A stretch of DNA of 5,371 nucleotides. It comes from Octopus sinensis. Lineage: Eukaryota. Below, in pieces: positions 1 through 5,371 of this stretch. Each line of letters begins with the position of its first letter. Position 1 is the stretch's first letter. Both the position numbers and the translations under genes were made by a program. The notes below the pieces were generated by a model that searched no databases, was not told the DNA's origin, and was given only the letters and a program-made list of their open reading frames with translations. Where the stretch lies: assembly GCF_006345805.1 (NCBI RefSeq), contig NW_021830073.1, forward strand, positions 1 to 5,371. The letters run 5' to 3'.

Positions 1-216
1 CTAGGGGTTCTGAAAAGTTCTTGGATTTAAGAGTATCACGAAAGGCCTGGCTGGAGGCCCAACTTTCTGAGTTCTTTTACAGAGCTTAGAAAAATTGAAG
101 AACTGCTGCAATAAATGTGTGAATCTGAGAGGGGAATATGTTGAATAAAATCATAATTAACTGATCCTCCTATATTTTCTCTTACCCAAAGCCAGGAACT
201 TTTCAACACCCCTTCG
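1..216 (+). mobile_element. Mariner-derived MITE, copy 1 (non-autonomous Tc1/mariner)
   Basis: Left TIR ctaggggttctgaaaagttcttggattt (1-28) and right TIR aaagccaggaacttttcaacaccccttcg (188-216) are inverted copies, with TA at 217-218. The left flank is outside the window. About 85% identical by manual count to 558-779. Confidence 0.9.
45..148 (+). pseudogene. Frameshifted remnant of the mariner transposase C-terminus
   Basis: Reads AWLEAQLSEFFY, a 1-nt frameshift near 81-83, then LEKLKNCCNKCVNLRGEYVE-stop(146-148). This resembles the mariner C-terminal pattern (W..Q..EFY..GI.KL..RW.KC....G.YVE), recalled rather than searched. Confidence 0.75.
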
Positions 217-223
217 TATATCA

Positions 224-265
224 TGTGTGTGTGTGTGTAGGTGTAATAATATAATAATAATAATA

Positions 266-298
<33 letters not shown>

Positions 299-303
299 TA
301 ATG

Positions 304-339
<36 letters not shown>

Positions 340-363
340 TATAAAATAATAATAATAATAATA
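224..363. repeat. (GT)n at 224-238 followed by an imperfect (AAT)n at 244-363
   Basis: Directly visible tandem repeats. They explain ORF 36..407. Confidence 0.97.
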
Positions 364-528
364 GAGGATAAAGCTTTTTTTAAAAAAGATTCATCAGTGG
401 CCAGCATATAAAATGAAACTAATTAAGGTGAAAATTATATGTATAATTATGTTAAATTCAACACGTGTATTTGTGACTTCTTTGTGTGGTGAGACGATTT
501 TAGCATCTATTTCCCAGCATATACGATA

Positions 529-549
529 GAAATTTTTCAGCACCCCTCA
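529..549. mobile_element. Orphan terminal fragment of the same MITE TIR
   Basis: gaaatttttcagcacccctca matches the outer 21 nt of the TIR (ggaacttttcagcacccctcg) with 3 substitutions. By eye, no MITE interior lies upstream. Confidence 0.75.
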
Positions 550-557
550 TATATATA

Positions 558-779
558 TGAGGGGTGCTGAAAGGTTCCTGGCTTAAAGGGTATAACGAAA
601 GGCCTGGTTGGGGGTCCAACCTTCCGAGTTCTTTTACAGGTCTTAGAAAAACTGAAGGACCACTTCAGTAAGTGTGTGAATCTGAACGGGGAATATGTTG
701 AATAAAATCATAATTAAACTGATCCTGTTGTATTTTCTTTTATCCAAAGCCAGGAACTTTTCAGCAATCTCCCACTTCG
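558..779 (+). mobile_element. Mariner-derived MITE, copy 2
   Basis: Preceded by (TA)4 at 550-557. Left TIR tgaggggtgctgaaaggttcctggctt (558-584). Right TIR aaagccaggaacttttcagca (746-766) has a disrupted tip ending in ttcg at 779. The interior is collinear with copy 1. Confidence 0.9.
602..705 (+). pseudogene. Frameshifted remnant of the mariner transposase C-terminus (copy 2)
   Basis: Reads AWLGVQPSEFFY, a frameshift at 638-640, then LEKLKDHFSKCVNLNGEYVE-stop(703-705). The frameshift is at the same position as in copy 1. Confidence 0.75.
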
Positions 780-834
780 TGTATTTGTTAAAACCCTCTG
801 AAAAACTTATTACAATATCAAGGATGTTTTACAT

Positions 835-914
835 GAATCCGTGGCTCGATGGATAAGATCATTTCTACTTTTACTTTACAAATAAAGCAGTTTTTGGTTT
901 GAATCCACTCAGTC
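835..914 (+). promoter_or_regulatory. Degenerate tRNA-derived head with Pol III A and B boxes (SINE-like, not a functional tRNA)
   Basis: A box TGGCTCGATGG (842-852) is 10/11 to TRGCNNARYGG. B box GGTTTGAATCC (896-906) is 10/11 to GGTTCGANNCC. D-stem is GCTC/GATC (844-847/857-860). T-stem would be AGTGG/CCACT if four extra T's in 891-895 are removed. No usable anticodon arm, and internal T-runs are present. Confidence 0.65.
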
Positions 915-941
915 GTTATGCACATATTCCAGAATAAGAAA

Positions 942-971
942 CCTGATGATGACTGGAGATGAAACCGATCG
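942..971 (+). ncRNA. Degenerate minimal type I hammerhead ribozyme-like motif
   Basis: CTGATGA (943-949), an 11-nt spacer, GAAAC (961-965), CG, then ATC (968-970), versus the GAAACCGGTC pattern of Penelope-type minimal hammerheads. Core residues are intact, but stem II does not pair and stem I is 1 bp, so this copy is probably inactive. Confidence 0.4.
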
Positions 972-1036
972 GAAAACTGTGTGGAAATAAATATGATTAC
1001 TCAACATGGGCACAGGATGTGGTGGGGAAACTAGGT

Positions 1037-1220
1037 GGAAGGATCAAAAGTAAAGTCAACGTTACTGGGATCAGGTCCCAGAAAATAAGGGACCGTAAGT
1101 AAAAGGTGTAGAATATTTTGTGTCGATGCAACAGAATTTGAAACTAGAATATAAAGAGCTGGTAGAAATATTGGAAGGTATTTTGCCAACACTCTAACAA
1201 TTGTGCCTCTCCAACACCTT
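1037..1220 (-). mobile_element. Old tRNA-derived SINE, 5' part, with an internal insertion
   Basis: The minus strand reads aaggtg...ggcacaattgttag (A-box-like, 1196-1207)...caaaatac...agtttcaaattc (B-box-like, 1134-1145)...atcgac, an insert, then gttgactttacttttgatccttcc. This is collinear with an abundant octopus SINE as I recall it; not verified by search. Confidence 0.55.
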
Positions 1221-1418
1221 ATGTTTAATGGAATGAAATCTGTCAAGGAATTGTGATGAATTTTTAAAGCCTAGTCTACAGCCGGATGCCTTTAATGTCA
1301 ACAAATCTTTTTTTTTTTACTTTCACTGGTTTTCCCACGTTGAGAAGCCAAGGAGTTGGACTTATTCCTTATAAACGATGTATGTGAAAAAACGATAATA
1401 CCAATAAAAGGGACGTTC

Positions 1419-1432
1419 GTGTGTGTGTGTGT
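1419..1432. repeat. (GT)7 microsatellite
   Basis: Directly visible. Confidence 0.9.
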
Positions 1433-1630
1433 TAATCACCATATGATTTATTCTGGCTATTGACTTACAGATAAACAGTCTGGTTCAGGGCAACATGTGT
1501 GGTGCTAAATGCACCGAGCTTGATGAGATCCAAATAGGTTGAAATCAAAATCCTTCTGTTTTTATCTTTTATAAGTTCCGTACGGCCAGCTTCTGTCTTA
1601 TCGACTGTACACATCAGTAATCATGATTAC

Positions 1631-1738
1631 CACACACGCACACACACATACACACACACACATACACACACACACACACACATACACACACACACACACA
1701 CACAAAACACACACACACATACATACATACTCACACAC
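1631..1738. repeat. (CA)n/(CATA)n microsatellite
   Basis: Directly visible, imperfect. Confidence 0.97.
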
Positions 1739-1798
1739 GCGTATATATTTCTCTCCTGTTTCTCTTTCTATATACAAAAAGTAATAAAAATATGTCTG

Positions 1799-2173
1799 CA
1801 TATATATATGTGTGTGTGTGTGTGTGTGTATGTATATATACTATATATATTATATATATATATATATAGATATATATATATATATATGTATGTATATATG
1901 TATATATATAGATATATATATGATATGTATATATATATATATATGTATATATATATACATATAAATACATATATATGTCTGTATGTATGTATATATACAT
2001 ATACACACACATACATACATGCATACAAACATACAAACATACATGCATATATATGTGTGTGAATGTATGTATGTATGTACGTGTGTGTATGTATGTGTGC
2101 ATGCATGCATGTATGTATGTATGTATGTATGTATGTATGTATGTATGTATGTATGTGTGTATGTATGTATGTG
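1799..2173. repeat. Compound (TG)n-(TA)n-(CATA)n-(TATG)n microsatellite
   Basis: Directly visible. It explains the low-complexity ORFs spanning 1731-2254. Confidence 0.97.
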
Positions 2174-2338
2174 TGATAAACTGGTAAACCCGTTTATCTG
2201 ATTGTAGGAATTCTCATTGACGGAGAAAACAAGGCGATGATTTAGTGCCAACACATTCCGATGATCAACTGGCCGAAAATATATTTAATAGAACAAATAA
2301 GCGTTAAATTTAACCTACGAACAAAATCGACACCATCC

Positions 2339-2441
2339 CGACCACGACCACGACCACCACCAACACCACCGCTAACCACAACGACAACAACTATAACTAC
2401 AACAACAACTCGCTCTCCCATCCTCCTCATCTTCCTCCTCC
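2339..2441. repeat. Cryptic trinucleotide repeat, (ACC/ACG/ACA)n then (TCC/TCT)n
   Basis: A period-3 pattern with a drifting unit is visible. Confidence 0.85.
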
Positions 2442-2664
2442 AAGAACATTCCAGTAGGTTTCTTGTTTAGAATAACCGTTGGAAGCAGCTGTTTTGGTGT
2501 AGAAATTCCTCGCAGCTGTTTTAGGTTTCGAAATCCTAAAGATGTCTGCCTGTCTTCCAATTCTCACAGAAATATTTCTTGAGAAATTAATAAACCTTCT
2601 TCGATTTTAACCAGAAAACATATGTTGGACTTTTGCTTGGGTTAATTCTTTCCTACTACAACTC

Positions 2665-2679
2665 AGTAGTAGTAGTAGC

Positions 2680-2746
<67 letters not shown>

Positions 2747-2756
2747 AAGTAGTAGT
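2665..2756. repeat. (AGT)n microsatellite with GGT/AGC variants
   Basis: Directly visible. Confidence 0.97.
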
Positions 2757-2848
2757 AACTTTGCTGCTGTTTTTTAATTCTCGTTTTTTTGTATTTTATA
2801 TGTCTCAGAGATATGGGAAGTTGATTTTTCCCTTTTTATTTTATCCTA

Positions 2849-2982
2849 TTGTTGATGTTGTTGTTGTTGCTGTTGTTGTTTTTCTTGTTCTTCCTCTTCC
2901 TCTTCGTTTTCTTTTTCTTCTTGGTGGTGGTCACCGTCGTCCTGGTGTTGTGATAACGGCTATCGTTGTCGTTGTTGTGTTG
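2849..2982. repeat. Cryptic trinucleotide repeat (GTT/CTT/GGT/CGT)n
   Basis: Period-3 low complexity. It accounts for much of ORF 2761..3129. Confidence 0.85.
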
Positions 2983-3076
2983 CTTGTATTGTCAATCGTC
3001 TATGTCTGCAATAAGAGCAAAACGTTTACAATGTGGAATAAAGTTGTTGTTTTTTTTACCGGTTGGAAACGAAAAA

Positions 3077-3110
3077 GTCTGAGGTTTCGGAGCAAAAGCC
3101 TTCACCAAGC
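3077..3110 (-). ncRNA. Degenerate hammerhead-like relic of Penelope pLTR type
   Basis: The minus strand reads GCT-TGGTGA-AGGC-TTTT-GCTCC-GAAAC-CTC-AGAC, versus the layout GCT-CTGANGA-stem II-GAAAC-GTC-AGC. Core damage: C3 lost or substituted, A6 to G, G16.2 to C. Confidence 0.35.
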
Positions 3111-3672
3111 AAAAGCGATCGATAGATAAATAAGATAATTAGAGAGGAGGGGGGAGAAAGAAAAGAGATAATCAGACAGAGATGTAGATATTTCCTCTCA
3201 CTGATGAAGAGTCCTGAGCCAAAATATAAGACTTCTCTTCTCCAAGGGATAAGTATTTGATTTTCTTTTGCAAAATTTTTTATGCATGAAACTTGAAAGA
3301 AAGATGTGTTAAATATTGCTATTAGTACATCAATTGGCCAACCAACAAACACTGCACATCTAACGTAAATGGAACAAATTGTTGCCATTTATGTATGAGA
3401 GATAAATACGATATAATAATAGAATAAACAGACATCGTTAAAGAAAAACAGAGATAGTATCAATATGTCGTTACAAAAAGAAATTTTGTCTGGAAAAATT
3501 GCAACAGTGCAATAAAACTTATTCGATCTATCTGAAATGAACAATAGGGACAACGTCACACATTGAAAATATATCTCTGTTGATATAGCAATTGACATTT
3601 GCCTATCACGCGAGAAAGCTTAAAGTCACGGTAAAACACTCGACTTTAACAAGATCGATAACTACATTAACA

Positions 3673-3813
<141 letters not shown>

Positions 3814-3965
3814 AAAATTGCACTACTAGGCACTGCACACATCATACGCAGAACACTTCCATACAATAACCATCAGAGCATCACAACAAATCACAGCACA
3901 TACCCAAGGCACACAGAGCTGCGCTCGGTAGTGAAGTGAAAGCACGCTATAAAATAAAACTACTG
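3814..3965 (+). mobile_element. 5'-truncated 3' end of an R4/Dong-clade (RLE) non-LTR retrotransposon
   Basis: 3814-3858 encodes KIALLGTAHIIRRTL. Restoring one T gives SIQ-stop (3867-3869). This resembles the Q-K-x-x-L-L-G-T-A-x-I-L-R C-terminus I recall for R4/Dong ORFs. A ~96-nt 3' UTR with AATAAA (3953-3958) and an (AAT)n tail follow. Dong elements are known to target (TAA)n. Confidence 0.78.
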
Positions 3966-3988
3966 AATAATAATAATAATAATAATAA

Positions 3989-4033
<45 letters not shown>
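3966..4033. repeat. (AAT)n tract, tail or target between two inserts
   Basis: Directly visible. Confidence 0.97.
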
Positions 4034-4034
<1 letters not shown>

Positions 4035-4590
4035 TAAATGCCCCTGATGCAGTACCAGGCAGTGGCTCTCATGGCTTCTGATCTAACTGATTGGAAGTGT
4101 TTCATGTACATTGTTTGTTTTGGTATAAAAGATGGGGCTACAGCAAATATTCTGCTCAATACCACAGATTGCTTGTCAGTTGTTTGACCTTAACCAATTG
4201 AGCATGTCCTTAGTGGCTGACAATATGTGCATCTCTGATCACGAGCAGAAGTAGTGGGGGAGCATCATAGCCATGTGTTGAGAAGGATTCTTTGGGGTTT
4301 GAATAATTCACCTCTGGAAACATGGGTGTTTCGTTCAACGTCCTCTTAAACACCCTTATTCAGAGACCTTTTGAGCGGGATGGGCTACTCAACCTGAAGA
4401 AAATTCTAACTGGGCCCCACCTGCAAGGTCATGGCTGTTTATCTTGATATGAGATCACCATGTCGCGCACATATGGTTGTGATGCATGTGCCTGGTGTAC
4501 CTTTATCAGACAGGTAGTCATGATGGGTATATTGGGCTTCGGTTATTTTACCCCAGCGCCACTTTGATGGCATGTACTGCTCTCTCACTC
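4034..4590 (+). mobile_element. Unclassified 557-bp insert in (AAT)n; probably the long 3' UTR of a second AAT-targeting retroelement, or a non-autonomous derivative
   Basis: Complex sequence, more GC-rich than its flanks, with sharp junctions to same-strand AAT tracts on both sides. No long ORF and no TIRs. Orientation is inferred from the neighbouring R4/Dong fragment. Confidence 0.5.
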
Positions 4591-4625
<35 letters not shown>

Positions 4626-4650
4626 TAATAATAATAATAACAATAATAAT
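4591..4650. repeat. (AAT)n microsatellite
   Basis: Directly visible. Confidence 0.97.
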
Positions 4651-4956
4651 ATAATTGCTGTTGCTGTATGTATGTACGCATATATGTATATACACTCGTA
4701 CATACATAAAATATATGTAGGAGTGTATGTGGGTGGTTATGCATGTGTACGTCAAATATTCTGTAATCTGGTTGTGTGGAATATTGTGGTTCATACGTTT
4801 CGTTTATTTTATAACAAATAGACTTGATTTCATACCTGTTGAGACAATGTACACTCTGGACGATCAAATAATATCTTGTGTTGATAAACTTAGATATTTC
4901 ACCACCTTGACTGCTATACGTTTATCTACTGTATATACAGACGTGAGTTTGTGTGC

Positions 4957-4957
<1 letters not shown>

Positions 4958-5013
<56 letters not shown>

Positions 5014-5046
5014 TGAGAGAGATGGGAGAGAGAGAGAGAGAGAGAG
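4958..5046. repeat. (TA)22 followed by imperfect (AG)n
   Basis: Directly visible. Confidence 0.97.
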
Positions 5047-5263
5047 TTATGTCTGGGGAGAGTCATTTTCTTTTTGTGCCTTATAATATAACACACTCAC
5101 CGGTAAAATTTCCACGTTTTTCTTATTTTTATATAATTATTATATTGTATTTATATAAATTATTATATTGTATTTATACAAAAATAAGAAATAAGCGGAA
5201 ATTTTACCGGTGAGTGTGTTATATTATAAGGCACAAAAGAAAATGACTCTCCCCAGACACAAC
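5046..5263. mobile_element. Foldback/MITE-like element with ~85-bp inverted arms
   Basis: 5046-5130 and 5180-5263 are inverted copies with 4 mismatches and 1 indel by manual count. The spacer is 49 bp and AT-rich. No clear TSD, so the superfamily is unassigned. Confidence 0.85.
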
Positions 5264-5371
5264 AAAATATGCTTCAACACACGTACTCATATAAAGAATC
5301 TTGAAAACCAAATCCCAAATCGAAATATATATATTGATATATGCCATAAATGTGTTTAAGTGTAAGCTTTT

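Noticed and set aside
391-397. Minus-strand CTGATGA as a hammerhead start
   Set aside because: No stem II or GAAA follows.
401-523. 10-bp direct repeat CCAGCATATA (401-410, 514-523) as a TSD
   Set aside because: The enclosed 103 bp has no TIRs, tail or other element hallmark. Chance cannot be excluded.
835-914. Functional tRNA gene
   Set aside because: The anticodon arm and acceptor stem do not form, and internal T-runs would terminate Pol III.
1104-1139. RCRIFCVDATEF resembling a Harbinger DDE motif
   Set aside because: Short, bounded by stops, lacks neighbouring motifs, and lies antisense to the SINE.
1031-1246. 71-aa minus-strand ORF with complex sequence
   Set aside because: It coincides with the SINE remnant and is better explained as a chance open frame.
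1617-1630. 14-bp perfect palindrome GTAATCATGATTAC
   Set aside because: One such AT-rich palindrome is unsurprising in 5.4 kb, and there is no supporting context.
3201-3240. CTGATGA followed by a weak AGTC/GACT stem
   Set aside because: No GAAA after the stem, so the core is incomplete.
4829-4948. Possible exon from donor-like sites (GTGAGT 4943-4948 on plus, AG/GTATGA near 4834 on minus) and a KRIAVKVVK peptide
   Set aside because: No convincing acceptor with a polypyrimidine tract, and the kinase-like peptide frame stops shortly after.

Overview
AT-rich, microsatellite-dense eukaryotic non-coding DNA with no protein-coding gene I can support. It looks cephalopod (Octopus-like), inferred from the repeat composition and from recalled repeat sequences, not from a search. 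The supplied ORFs are low-complexity read-throughs or chance frames in repeats. Main contents: (1) two ~220-bp mariner-derived MITE copies (1-216, 558-779) that keep the transposase C-terminus, plus an orphan TIR end forming a perfect 38-bp palindrome; (2) a tRNA-derived Pol III head (835-914) followed closely by a degenerate hammerhead-like core and AATAAA, the most unusual item; (3) an old minus-strand SINE with an internal insertion; (4) a second hammerhead relic on the minus strand (3077-3110); (5) an (AAT)n tract interrupted by a 3' fragment of an R4/Dong-type retrotransposon and by an unclassified 557-bp insert; (6) a 218-bp foldback element at 5046-5263. All alignments and counts were done by eye.
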